Origin: Aplysia californica
Lineage: Eukaryota
Length of the DNA: 64,000 nt
NCBI RefSeq assembly: GCF_000002075.1
Contig: NW_004797352.1
Coordinates: forward strand, 537,117-601,116
Direction: 5' to 3'
In this document: positions 12,255 to 24,949 of the stretch, piece after piece
Numbering within the stretch: the first letter of the stretch is position 1
How the letters are laid out: the number at the start of each line of letters is the position of its first letter
Position numbers and translations under genes: made by a program
The notes under the pieces: model-generated
Databases searched by the model: none
What the model was told of the DNA's origin: nothing
Seen by the model: only the letters and a program-made list of their open reading frames with translations

Positions 12255-14312
12255 AGCGACATCTGAACCAATGCTAGAGCTGGGTAATGGGTCGCTTTAG
12301 CAAAATCCGGATAATATGTTAGTGCACCTCTTCGGCAAATAATATGATAGAACCGCTTCTGCAAATGGGTTAGAATCACTTCGACAAATGAGTACACCCT
12401 CTTCGGCAAGCGGGTCAGGAAAGTGAGTTAAGTAAGAGTCTGAATTCGGACAATGTTTCATGACTAATTATCCGGTTATTCGGATAGATTATCCGGATTT
12501 TGCCCACTTCAATAATGCACGGACTTCCGCGGACACTTTTTTTTGGCCGAGTGAACTATCTTGCTAGGTATAAAAAGCAATCTTTGGTGATACCAAAATA
12601 CTGATACCTGAGACTCAGTACTGCTTTCTTTAACACAGTCAAAAAGAAAGACAATTTCTCAAGGTTCTGAAGAGATTAATAAACCTCTCTACCAAACTAA
12701 TAGAATAATAGAGAAATGATTGTGTTTAAACAACAAAACAAACCAAAAACGAATTCTAATAATAATTATTATAGTCTCTATTTCGATTATAATAATAGTT
12801 TTTGTGTCTTGGAAAATTATCCGATTATTCGGAGTACAATTCATTTGGATTTGGCTCACGGCCCAGCAGCTCACCATCAGCAGTTTTCCAGTTTCACCAG
12901 TTTTCATTTCTTTCACGGAAGGAAGTGTCTACGTACTCCCCGATTGGGGTCTTTGGGGTCTACGTAGTCATTGTGTCTAGGTGGACCCCAATGAGATTAA
13001 GGGTAGGTGGCAGTTAATATTTCTAACTTCGTTATTAACACATACCAGCATCATTCAGAGTGATCATAAAACACTCCAGGAGTTCAAAATGAAATTCAAA
13101 TAGCAAAATATAATATTTCTTTAAGGAATTTGAAAATATTTCATGTTTTTGGGGTACAGAAGCAATTTTGACTCAATCCGGCCCGCGCTCTCGTTTAATC
13201 AGTTTATTGACTAAAGTGCTTATATTTTCCCATAAGCACACTAGCAATAAAATCTGTGATCCTAAATGGGCTTGTTTTGATACTTGAAACCTATAAAGAG
13301 ATATTGAGGATAACGTCATAGCTATTGCTTGACTCTGTTAATTTTCGCATTTTCACATCAACTGAAGCACTCGAAACTGCATTTTTCAAAATCGGTGAGA
13401 GATATATGAAAAAGCCCATTTCAGATTACAGAAAATTCATATTTACATAGTTAGGCCAAATATAAAAGAAATCCTCCACTTGAGTTTCAAATGAGAGTCC
13501 GGGACGCAACCCATACCCCTTAATTTTTGTCGTTTTGAGAAAACTTGAAAAAACGAACAGATTTTGTCATAACTTTCTAACCAAAACAGATAGGAGCATG
13601 AATTGAATTGTATAAAGACAATTAATCATTTCTCAATGTACCCAATTCTTTTATATCTAATTTTAAGAAAAAAAGTCACCCCAAAATACAGTAGGTAGTC
13701 ATGCAACAGAGAGGTCAATTTAGTGGTAGTATTAACTGAAAAGAAGAAATATAGGGAAATTTGTCAAAAACATGCAACTCCAAGTTGCCAAAAGAGGAAA
13801 ACACAGCCATAAATTGCTGAAGGACTTTTTTATTCCTAATCAGTCCCTCTTCCTGGGCAGTAGAGACATCTGCCGGTCCAATTTTCCTCCTCTAAAAGAT
13901 GGTTCCTTTCCTGTTTTTCTAGCTGCACCCTCTATGTTAGTCTCTGCCCTCTATATTTGGGTACAGTCCCTTCTGATGCCACTGTCCATGGTTCGGGCTG
14001 AGACCTGCAATTTTAGAAATGGCATAAGCGTATGGGTGCTAAGGGCCCCCAAATTCCAGTCTGCAGTAGTGATAGCAAAGGCTGCTTCTACTCTTGGTTT
14101 GGTCACAAAGACCGTCTTAGGGCCCTTCAACCAGGTGTGAACTTATGGAAACTCCCATTCTATTTTTGTGTCACGCCAGGCGCGTACTTGATCTCCATTA
14201 GTTCATCTGTGGTGCACAGGCTTCATAAATGAGGGGGTTTGAGGTGGGTAGAAAGCCTTCCCTTGTGTGATGGTGCTGTGCTTCTTTGGCTGTAATGCCT
14301 TTTGTAAAAGTA

Positions 14313-14514
14313 CAGTATAACACAGATAGCTTGAATTCGTTGGAACTGGCCTCAGTAGTTCGAGGCATCCGTAGTTCTAGGGATCTGTAGTCCGAAGGAT
14401 ATCTTTAAAAGATAAAGAAGGAAAAAAAAACCCGGGACCGCAGGCACAGTACTACAGATGCATGCGTGATTTTGAGTCTTCTGTGTTTGACCTGTCTGTG
14501 TTATACATGTACTG
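14313..14514. mobile_element. Tc1/mariner-type MITE inserted in the Kolobok transposase (second copy ~21122-21287)
   Basis: TA|CAGTATAACACAGA...TCTGTGTTATAC..TG|TA; similar sequence at 21122. Confidence 0.7.
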
Positions 14515-17299
14515 TAAAAGCACCAGTTGTTTTCACTAGTAGGCGGGCATCTGTCATGATGTGGGTTTCCATCTGTGCTGGTGCTGTGCAGCAACGTGGC
14601 CACCACTGCTTCTTACATTAGCAGTGGAAAGAGTTGAACAACCTCAGAGGTTTTGTGTAATAGGACTGGAGACATCCAATCTTCTCCTGGTTGAAAAGAA
14701 TAGAAGAGAAAAAAACCTGGAAAAAACCCATAAGATTTAGGTATTGTTATTATCCTCTGCAGACAGAAGCTGGCAACGCATTCAATGGCAAAATTGTAAT
14801 TGCAGACTAAAAACCCATTTAACACTCTAAGCAGCAGGGAGTTATTTATGCAGATGCCAAGCACAAAAATTCAGCTGATAAGAGTCCGATTTCATTTATA
14901 ACAAAAAACCAAAAAGGACAAGAAAGCAGAATATATACACTCAAATCCTGCAAAACTGCCAACCTGTTTTACAAGCCCAGCTTTCCACCAGGTTTTGCCA
15001 ATGCACGAAAAGGAACGCCTTTATAAACATAGGCTACTATTTGCCCCCTACCTGAAATGTAGCCTACTAATGTTAATTTTCCTCCAAACCCCTTCACTCT
15101 TGGCCACCAGAGGTGCTGCGTGCACCGTCTACATACAGTGCACACTTTACACACTACACACCAGCGACTCAGCAACTGTGTACGCCTAGCCTAGGGCCTA
15201 GTGACATTCTCCCTTTCTCCACTGACACACTTGTCTGAGTCTGAGAGTGAGTGAATGCATGAAGTCCGGGCCTACAAGACAATGGGCACTAACCCCTTCA
15301 TTACACAGGGTCAGTTTGTGCTTCACCAGACAGTTGTTGATTTTGATCTCCAGGGACAAAGAGTAGCGCTAGATAAGCGGTTGGTTGCATATATGATTAG
15401 ACTCAGTTTATAAATTCTACTTTCTCTAAAAGGAAATAACATTTCTGGAAATATCCCAAAAAATGTGTCTGAATGTGAATCTGCAATTAGTTTTATGAAA
15501 TACATGTAATGAAGCAGTATGCCAAATGCAAAATATGATACACGGCGTTCATCATTATGGTCCTCATGCTTCACAAGGCCTGACAAGCACCGTAGGTCCC
15601 AGGAGAACTTGCTTCCTTCTCCATTAAAAGAAAAAAAATGAACAAACATCCATCATATCTTAGGTTACAAACAGGCTAAGTTTTGCTTGAGGGGAATAGC
15701 GCAATAATTGTTGATTGATGGGAATTTGAAAATTAGGGGATAGTCAAGTGAAATTTCTTATCCTCAAATACGGTACCTGAGTTAGTATGCCAAAGGCTCT
15801 CTCTCCAAGCGTTACACCTCTCTTTTTCTCGATGGCTCTTAGATTTTGCAAAGTACAGAGCTGAGACTGAAATGATATGACATACAAAACAGATTTCATT
15901 CATAGAACCATTCTCTCATTCTTGGAAGTATTTTTTTCAAGCCAACAAAATCACCAGTGACAGGCTTACAAAGTTCAACAGTAATGAAAACAAAGCCAAA
16001 CATGCAATTTTCTATCATCAAACTATTATTACATTTTCAATCACAGTACTTTTACTTGTGTCAGCTGCTGATAAAAGAGTTGAAGCACAGTTGATGAGCA
16101 TAAATAGGTTTAAATGGAGGGAAAGGGGTGTATTATCTCTCACACTAATACTAGGCCTAATCTGTAATCTGAATGTAATCTGAATCAGATCAGTATCAAT
16201 TATATAAAAGTGCAGTTATTGTTTGCCTTTTACTTCCCTTCACTTAAATTGAATAAGACATTGTTTTCAATGAACTAATCACTCTATAAGTATAGCCTAA
16301 GTATTAGTGAGGCATTTTTCTGAGAGAGATATCGGGTATCCGAAATAAATCACTCTGATTTCTCATGACACGTAAGAATCAAAATCAATTTTGACTTACT
16401 CTTTTGCCACATGGATGACACACATCACCTCCTTCTGAGTATAGAATCATAGGGGTTGAGGGCCTAATACAGTGGGGATGATTTTGAATCTCCATCACCA
16501 ATGAGTGAGGTGTTCCTCATCTTGTTCTGGAGTGAGCAACCCCATATGACACGCTTTGCTCTCTTTACCAAGAGGGGCCACTGTAGTTGACCTGACATTC
16601 AGGCTTGAGGATTTACAGTCAAGAGTCAAACTTATCAGTTGTCAGCTGGGCCTTCATAGATTAGCAAAGCTGGGAAAATACACAAGCAGATTAGTGAATT
16701 ACCAATTTGTTGGTAAAACAAAGCCAAAAAAAAACAGCTAGAGAGAAAAGAATTTGGCAACAAATCACTACTAGTATACTACGTAATTTATCCTAAAGGC
16801 ACCAATGTTAGAGTACCTCAAGAAAACTGAGAGCACTCATTACAAAATATCAATTCGGTATATCTACATATTTCTTGAACATCGTTTTGCTATTAATTTG
16901 AATGCCCCCCCCCCCTTCCCTCCTCTCCCGCAAAAAACCACAAAACAGAATTAGAATAGATAGAAGGAATTGGGTGCGATTACCATGAATTGTGGTGTAA
17001 GGGAGTAAACTAAAATATAGTTCAAAATAAGTCCACATTACAAATAAATGCTGAATGTTCCCATTGAACTATTGTATAAGATTTTATAGCATGGCCAAAT
17101 AAAACTTGTAATCGTATATATTCATGATCTAACCCTGATGAGCAGCAGTTTAATTAACACACTTGTAATTTGATATAAGTTCAAAACAGAGCACACAAGT
17201 TAATGAGACAAAGATCTAATCTTATCTACTTGTGCCTAAAGTCCGGAACTGAAGATTTTCAGCTTTTATTTTTAAATTTATTTTTTCCCCGCCCCAGTG

Positions 17300-17428
17300 A
17301 TAGATCTAGCTAGATCTAGATTCTAGATCTAGATTAGATCTAGATTCTAGATCTAGATTAGATCTAGATCTAGATTTCTAGATCTAGATCTAGATCTAGA
17401 ATCTAGATCTAGATCTAGAATCTAGATC
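17300..17428. repeat. Palindromic (TCTAGA)n-like tandem repeat
   Basis: About 20 AGATCT/TCTAGA units. Confidence 0.9.
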
Positions 17429-19254
17429 TCAGTACGAAAATAATTGAAGGAAAACCGGAAACTTCAAACTGGGCTAGCAACGTCAAGTCATAGAGAAAAA
17501 AGAATTATGCACAACTACTGAAGACTGTAGAAATGAGGGAATGTGGCATTATGTGGTTAAAATCTTGTCTGTTCTACTAGATCTAGGTCAGCCGATCGAT
17601 AAAATGTCAAAGCAGGTCAAAGCTCATGTGGCTTTGCAAGTGGTCCACAAACTCACAGCTTTTGCACCGTGACAAGGCTACTTGTTCCGAAAATGCACAC
17701 ATCTCCATTCCAAAACTTGCTCATACTCCTCATCAGTTCTCCCTAAACTAAAACTAATTCCAACATTCAGTTCATGAAATGAACTCCTGAATATTGCCAA
17801 TGCTGTTCGTAAAATAAGCTAGTCCCAGTAGTGTGTCCTAGCCTAATCCTAATTCTCTAGTAGGCCATTACGAGACTCGCACTAACTTAGACTTAGAGTA
17901 GTAGTAGTTAGACCGTGTAGGAGGTCAGCAAGCAGCTGATATTACAACTTACGATCGTGTGAGGCTAAACAAGTTCAAGGCAAAACACCAAGGAATGAAA
18001 TATACTCTTACCTGCACTGTATATCAGTTGAAACATTGTCAAAGCTGAAGAATTTCAGTTATTCTTCCCCCTTTTTCAAGTGACAGAAGCTTACGAAAAC
18101 CCGGAGCTTCGGAGATGTGTTGACCGCGGGCACATTGTAGACTGTAGAATTCTGTGACCGCGGGTGACAAAACACGCGGATATGTTGCATTCTGGGATTG
18201 AAAGCTTTCTGGAAACTCTTTGGCTAATGGGAAAACGTTGGAGCTATAAATAAACCGAAGCGTGTGTCCTTGACTCGACGAAAGTTCAGTCTGACCTCCG
18301 CGCTGAACTCGTTAGCAGAAGATCTACTATATCTAGATTGTTTTGGTTGTCAGGGTAGAAAATGAATGGATCAACTAAGCAAAAGTTTTCTTTACGTCTA
18401 AAATTTGCACGTAATTTGAAAGGGGGGTACCTACTAAAATGATTGACAGCGTGTTTCAAAAATGTGTTCTTGGTAAAAGTAACACGTCAGATCTATTCCC
18501 AATACGTTGAAGTACCCAATCGGATATAAAGCTAAAAATCAAAAATTTTCGCCAAACATCGTATTTTTTGCCCTGCATATTTTCCGTGGTGCACCTTAAA
18601 AAGTTAGTTCTAAACTCCTTGGGGTCCACCTAGACACCATGACTACGTAGACCCCAATCGGGGAGTACGTAGACACTTCCTTCATGGAATTTGGAAACAG
18701 TAAACTGAAAATGAAACCTTACCGCGATATCAGTTTTCAGTTTCAAAATCAAAATTGGGCAGAGACACTCGACTATCCTTTTCAGCCGCCCCTACCCGTT
18801 CCTTTCTTCGGTATGACGCTTGTGAACAATTCAGAATAAGTAGAATCTTAATTATATTGGTACTTTAATGCGTACTTTAATTCATAGGTCTATTAATCAA
18901 TTAATCAATATTGTTCAATATGTCGTAGATCTAATACCCCAACTCCAGTGTTTATTATTTCATAATTAGATTTAGGCTAAATATCAATTATTATCACATC
19001 TCCGAATAGTTAAAGCAGATTCAAATAGAAACAAAATCTTAATAGACTACATAATGTATTATAAAGCAAAGAATATTATGTTGCTTGGTCTTGTTTTAAT
19101 TTCCACAATGTCATTGTCATGAGACCCAACGTTGTGAAATCAAAATCAGGCGCTTAAAAAATAATAAATTAAAGAAACTTGTCACTTTTTCTCCTGTTTG
19201 GCAATTTTTATCGAATAAAAAAAATATTTAAAAATAGGCTCAACACCCTACATT

Positions 19255-19695
19255 TTCGTTGGTAGAAAATTTTGAATTTTGCCCGGGTGGCGGCCGAAGC
19301 CTACTCTTATCGATTTTAGACCACCAAGGGATCTTTAACGTGCGCAACTTGCACACGGGCCCTCCGAGATTTTTCGCCCTTGTCCGAGAAGGCTAGGTGT
19401 AGATCTTTCCTACCAGAAGATCAGGGGTTGGCAGAAAGACAGCAGTTAGGAGGAGCCAAGGAGTAGCAGTAGAAAGGCTGCAGAAAGAGTCAGGAGCCCA
19501 GAGGAGGGGGCAAAGGAGGTGAGGGGGTGGGGGCAGAAAGTGGAAATGAAAGCAGACAACAGCACATTGTTAGAGATCAGGAAAGGATGTGAAAGGAGAC
19601 AATTTTAGAGAAGAAAATTTTCCGGTCGCTACCCGGAATCGAACCCGGGACCTTTGAATGAGAGGCCAACACCTTAACCTCTAGGCCACGAGAGG
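19255..19695 (-). mobile_element. SINE family A copy
   Basis: Reverse-complement match to 2466-2900 including A and B boxes. Confidence 0.85.
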
Positions 19696-19959
19696 TAAAT
19701 TTTTACTTCACAGATGAACTATTTGGAGGTCAATAACGGCCATGTTATTTTTTGCTGCAAATATGTATAGATATATATACATATGGCCGCTGAAACTGTT
19801 GCAAATCAATTATTTAAAAAATATTCTGGTTGCAAAACATCAAATTATGGGGAAAAAATAAGGGACCCTGCTCAGATTTGTTTTACGTTGGAGGGGGGGG
19901 GGGGAGTTAAAGTAACTTAAAGTAAGTTAAAGGGCTTACATTTCTTATTGATTGCAAAG

Positions 19960-21060
19960 AACAATGGTCTAAAAAATAGCATTCCAACAATATGCTACCT
20001 TGTGTACTTCTTTTTGGCGATGGCATTATATGCTTGAAGACTGGTAGATCTTGCAAAATATTAGGCCATCCTGCTTAGTTTCTCCTCTGGCTTAGGAATA
20101 CCACTTTCTCATGTAGTGATAATTTGGCCACATTTAAATTCATATCTTAAAGGACTGTGTGTGTAGCACACTGCGTGGGGGATGTGTTCCACAGTTTTGT
20201 CAGCTTCTCCACAATGGCATTTTAGTGACGGTACAATTTTAAAACATCTGTTCTTGTGTTGTTTGAGTCAGTGTGTTGTGTTCTGAGTCTGAGGAGAATA
20301 ATATATATATACTTGTTTTTGGAAGGGCAGCTCATGATAAAGGGAAGTTTTATCTGTTATTTGCGATGCCTTTGAAGGTAAAAGTATGAGGTTTTACTTT
20401 TCTGGATGGATCTTTTCTGGATAGCTGATGCTGTTGTCTGGCTGTTCTTTCAGTGCTCCCAGTTTTGCAATCCTGTCTGCCAGTTTGTTTCCCAAGACAC
20501 CACCTGTGCAAAGGGACTTTTTTCAGCTTGATCCTGAGGCATGGGATGCCCTTCATTACTTCTTGCAATCTTGGGAGCTTTTTGACAGTGATTGCTTGCA
20601 GTATTGACATCTGTCATAGTAAGCCGTTTGGCTATCGCATCCCTGATAATGCTTGCTGCATTAGTAGAGCCTCCGCCTCTGCCCTTTAGTTGGTACAATG
20701 CTGTCTGGGTGGGATTGTTTCTGCTTCACATTTTGTCCATATTTGAGAAAACTGTATGTTGCACTCTTGCACATCCTCTTTTCACAGAGACAGTGAGATC
20801 AATCTATGTACATGTAGATCCCTGTAGATATCTATGATTTATGGGAATATTTTTCTTCAAATATAGACTTTGCAATAGAGCTTTCTTGTTCAGGTCGCTG
20901 TACAGTATATATATATTTATATGTTGTGGTGTACATACGTCCCATTTGTCACGAACTTGAATCGTAGAATCCCTCCATCTTCAATCTGTTGATGAATGTG
21001 AATAAGAATCTTAGATCTTAGATGCTGACAATTTGGTTGGGGTCTGTTAATTTGCACACA
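19960..21060 (-). mobile_element. Possible decayed LINE ORF1 / endonuclease-start fragment
   Basis: Broken coding-like frames (YQLKGRGGGS..IIRDAI); no decisive motif. Confidence 0.3.
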
Positions 21061-21349
21061 TACTGTCTAATATTTTAATTCGCCTAAGGACTTACAGGTA
21101 GCGATTTTAAAAAGCTGAATACAGTATAACACAGATAACTCAAATTGGTTGGGACCGGCCTTAGTAGTTCGAGGGATCCGTTTTTCGAGGGACAACTTTT
21201 ACAAAGAAAAAGCAGAAAAGAAATTGTGACCGCAGGCATAGTTCGACAGATGTGTAATTTTGAGTATGACCTATCCGTGTTATACTACATCAGTATCAAC
21301 ACATCGCGACCTCGCAGTGCTTTCCTGTTGTATCTCCATTTTTAAGAAC

Positions 21350-21518
21350 AAAAAGTGGAAATGAAAACAGATGACAGAACATGACTAGGCAACAGGAAAA
21401 TAAGGTAAATAGAGAAAATCTTACAGAAATATATATATTTTTTTGCGGCTGTTACTGTTAAGTTTCGGACCTGAAACCTTTTGATTGAGAGGCGAAAACC
21501 ATACCTCTAGACCATGAG
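21350..21518 (-). mobile_element. Degenerate SINE family A head
   Basis: Diverged match to the SINE A tRNA-like head (CTCATGGTCTAGAGGTATGG..). Confidence 0.5.
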
Positions 21519-21599
21519 AACATGTGTGCGTATCTTTTGGCAGCCAGTTCGCTGGCAACATAGCAGAGTAAATTTGTATTAGTTCAATAAGGCTCGCAC

Positions 21600-22270
21600 A
21601 ACTCAGACAGTTGGCAGGGGGTTGTCTAACATGGTTTGACTGTATTTGGTTCTTTTTGGCATGGTCAGCTGATATCCATTTTGCCTTGTGGTTTCTCTTG
21701 TGGGGGTGCAGTTCTCCAATCATTATGTGTTCAATGCGCAATGTTCTTGAATCCTTCAACGTTGTCTCTTGCCTCTCCAAGTCCCATTCCCCCCCCCCCC
21801 CCCCCATCACATCAAATCTAGTGTTGTCAGTTTTAACTTTTACATTCGTATCTCCCATCAGGAAGTTGACATCTTTTGCCGGATGTTGATCCAGAATACT
21901 TTGAAGCTGATAGTAGAATCAATCTTTACTTACTTTCTCTGTATTATTTGTGGATGCTTTATAACACTGAATGATAGTCATGTTGTTTGCTTTTTCCTTG
22001 TCGTGAAAGAAGTGGGATAAGTCTTGGTACTTGTCCTTCCCATGAAATGAAGGCTTTTAATTCTTGCTCATACTTACAAAAGATTGCTACTCTTTTTGTG
22101 TGTGCTGCACTGTTGTCCATATTATGTCCCTTATAGATTTACTTTCCTTGATGAAAATCTGCATTGTCCCGATTGGTTCCATGTTGCTTCACCAAGTTCC
22201 AAAATATCATTGCTGTGTTTTTTCCTTTTTGTAGCAACCTGAAATGTTTACCTGTTTCATTCGTGGTTCC
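21600..22270 (-). mobile_element. RTE-type LINE endonuclease fragment
   Basis: MGDTNVKV..DN and PHKRNHKAKWISAD..KNQI motifs, disrupted. Confidence 0.7.
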
Positions 22271-22278
22271 CTTATATC

Positions 22279-22630
22279 GGTGGCCTAGTGGTTAGGCTCT
22301 CGGACTCGCAACCGTAAGGTCGTGGGTTCGAATCCCGTCAGGGACCTGACGTTGTGTCCTTGGGAAAGGCACTTTACACGAATTTTCCTCACTTCACCCA
22401 GGTGGGAATGGGTACCCGGCTATAGACAGCGAAAGATCTTGTCAGTTTGTTAGTGTTTGAGCGCTTAATCAGCTGCTTGCACTCTGTATGCTTCCCGGGA
22501 AGCTGAGAATGTTTCGGAGTGTTCTATGGTCTGCTGGGGTAATAATATAGTGTAAAGCGCATAGAGCCTGCTGTTGAGCGGGGATATGCGCTATACAAAT
22601 GCTATCTATTATCTATTATTATTATTATTA
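22279..22630 (+). mobile_element. tRNA-derived CORE-like SINE family B with L2-like tail
   Basis: A box TGGCCTAGTGG, B box GTTCGAATCC, TGTGTCCTTGGGAAAGGCACTT core, GTAAAGCGC..GCGCTATACAAATG tail, (ATT)n end, TTATATC repeated on both sides. Confidence 0.85.
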
Positions 22631-22864
22631 TTATATCATCCCCACCCCCTCACCCTTCTTAATTTCATGATGTTTTTTTCTTCTTTCTGTTTCAGAACTC
22701 TTTGGCAAAGAATACTGGAATGAGGGGCTGATCACATAAGTGGATTTAACTGATTCAATTGAAAGGCGTTTAAGAAAAAATATGATATATACTTTCTCTT
22801 TTTAAAGTTTGCCATAGTCTCTCGCATCTGCTTCAAAGATGGAGTTGACTGGTGCAGTGGGGAC

Positions 22865-23072
22865 ATGGCCAACCTTCCAGAGGAACACAAGAATGACTCA
22901 AATTGTCTTGACAGAGTTATCAAAGTACAAGTACAAGATGCAGAAAAGCCCAAAGATTTCTACATCAATTACTTTGATGCCCCAGGTATCAGGACTGGAA
23001 ATTTTAAGGAAGACACAATGCTTCTGGATGGTCTTAAGAAATATGTGTACATTGAGTTTGAAGAAAGCAAAG
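22865..23072 (+). CDS. Exon encoding an RRM-like repeat of the PARP14/PARP10 N-terminal type (acceptor at 22695, ATG at 22865)
   Basis: MANLPEE..RVIKVQ..KDFYINYFD..KKYVYIEFEESK, phase-1 donor G|GTAAG; splices in frame to 24694. Confidence 0.55.
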
Positions 23073-23537
23073 GTAAGTTTATTGAGACCTTAATTTAACC
23101 TGTTACCCTTTTCTTTGAATTGACAAAAGAGGGAGAGAAAAAATTGTTAAGGTGATGTTTGTTTTCACATGCTATTGTTATTTTAGTGTTCTACCCTTTC
23201 AGTATAGTATTTTTGTTGTGTAGCCTGTTTTCTTCCACAAGGATTTGTCAGAAGAATATTTCTTGTAACTTTGACTGTCCATTTTTACTGTATTAATTGC
23301 AGAGCTAAAAATGTATGTTTGATATGTAACAAGCTGAATTTGACCTTTTTTTAATTTATTCATTTAATTAATTAATTAATTTAATTAATTTTGTAAATGT
23401 TTGTGTATCATCGTTTTTTTACACCATCATCTGTGGTGTAGTGGTTAGATGCTTTGTTGCTGCATGTAGAAAACATGAGTTTGATTCCTTAGTTTGATTC
23501 CCAAGTGGAGAAGGTTTTCAAAAATGGAATTTCTTTT

Positions 23538-23953
23538 TCAGTTAGTTTTAGTAGAGGTTTTACGGTGCTGGCAACTGCATAAGGTCATATGAGCGCCAAG
23601 GGGTGGATGTCAACAGAGAAGTCCTTATTGATTCTGACTTACTCTGGTCACCTCTCTAGCTTCAACAGCACTAATTAAGTCTGCTTCGACTATCAAGGCA
23701 CCCCGGAAAAAGCAGGTCACAAGAGTGTGACAAACGTACAAAAGAAGTAGAGGAAAAATGACGATAGTAAGGATGAGGAAAGAAAAAGCAGCATTTCTCT
23801 GTTGCAGTTCAGGCACAGTTATGTACATGACATTGATGAATCGGCCCATTTACAATTTCAATTCTACTGTCCATAAGAACTCGAGATGTTAATGTCCCCC
23901 CCTTTGGGAATGGAATAAAGACACTTCAGTCAGTAGCACCGCCCTGGGGGTAG
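23538..23953 (-). mobile_element. Short non-coding retroposon family C with 13-bp TSD
   Basis: TGGAATTTCTTTT at 23525-23537 and 23954-23966; (ACTAAA)-like tail; homologous to 33011-33416. Confidence 0.85.
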
Positions 23954-24693
23954 TGGAATTTCTTTTATTTACATGTCTTCTGCAAGATAATAGTTACACT
24001 ACAGAGTGTACTACTATATAGGTTCACAATATCTCATTTTCATTTATTTGCTGATTTCTATTTGACTGTCTAATTGATAAAAGCTTATAGCCTAGCCAGC
24101 AGTTGTAGAGAAGCTCAAACATTTATTTGTGCTGTATAAAAACCTACGTATAATTCATACATGCTTAACAGAGGAGACTGAAGTCCATTTCCAAACTTTA
24201 ATTTTTCCATTGCTCAAAGATGTGTTTCTCATAAGTTAAGAAATGGAGGCAGGGTAAAATAACATTTAATGGAAACTATGGTTGATTAAATAGAAGTAAC
24301 AATTAAAGTTATGGCAGCAGGTAACAGAATCAGTGATGCAAGTATCCCAACTCTGATTGATTAGAATATATATCGGTTCAAACTTTCAGCATTGTATTGA
24401 CTCCTTTGTTAGAGGAGGAGGTGTTTATATTTGAAATTGTTTTTTCTTCTCTTTCATTGCTGGTTGAATTTGATTGCTAACTGGTTTGGATGGTTATTTT
24501 TCTATTAAGTCATGAATATTACAATTTTATAGAACATGGCTCGGAAAGTTTTCTTTCTAATAAACTTCGATGTGACTCAGTAAAGTACCGGTCCTGTTTT
24601 TATATTGTAAAGCAGAAAGAAGATGTTGTGCCCTTTACATAGGCTACTGCCAGCAGCCTAGTTTAATCCATCTTGTGATTTTTGTTTTTTTAG

Positions 24694-24949
24694 GTGCCCG
24701 TGACATGTGCTTGAAAAATCATGATGTCAAAGACAACATTGTTTCTGTGTGCATGGCAACTGGAAAAGAACAGGCATTTTATTACAATGTGATATCAGTG
24801 CATGGGCTGGATTTTTCAGACAACGAAAATTTGAGGCTCACCAAGGATATATAAGATTGGAGAGGCTGCAGAGTCTTCTGTCGGACATAATATTCAGCAT
24901 GAAGAAGTACACTCCATTATTCTTTGTTTGAACGTGAAAGGCTTCACAG
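24694..24949 (+). pseudogene. Second exon of the RRM-like gene with premature stop or frameshift
   Basis: Polypyrimidine TAG|GT acceptor in matching phase; GARDMCLKNHDVKDNIVSV completes the RRM and VISVHGLD starts a second; TAA at 24852-24854; another frame stays open to CAG|GT at 24949; a third relic (QIEIRGV..WFFEK) near 25180-25345. Confidence 0.5.

Larger units (their letters stand above)
13001..18595 (-). mobile_element. Decayed Kolobok-type transposon (composite), TTAA-flanked
   Basis: TTAA|GG...CC|TTAA borders. Minus-strand transposase relics in correct order: KPECQVNYSG and LIGDGDSK..CV.IHVAKR (~16395-16620), LQSYYTK, ATLLHSTSTDGNPHHDRCP..WCFY (~14515-14690), PGVTQ..N.SFH, GPKTVFVTKPRVEAA (~14040-14230). 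Left and right termini do not match well; 13001-13519 may be a separate TTAA-flanked MITE. Confidence 0.75.

Noticed and set aside
12315-12412. CRISPR-like spaced repeats (CTTCGGCAAAT about every 22-28 bp)
   Set aside because: Short and degenerate, eukaryotic context, no cas genes; more like sub-terminal transposon repeats.
17130-17170. Hammerhead ribozyme core CTGATGA (also near 52368 on the minus strand)
   Set aside because: No stem II followed by GAAA and no closing stems.
22279-22345. tRNA gene-like sequences (also at 2466, 19640, 36220, 56893, 23430)
   Set aside because: No proper acceptor stem or T-run terminator; most run into shared SINE bodies, so they are SINE heads.
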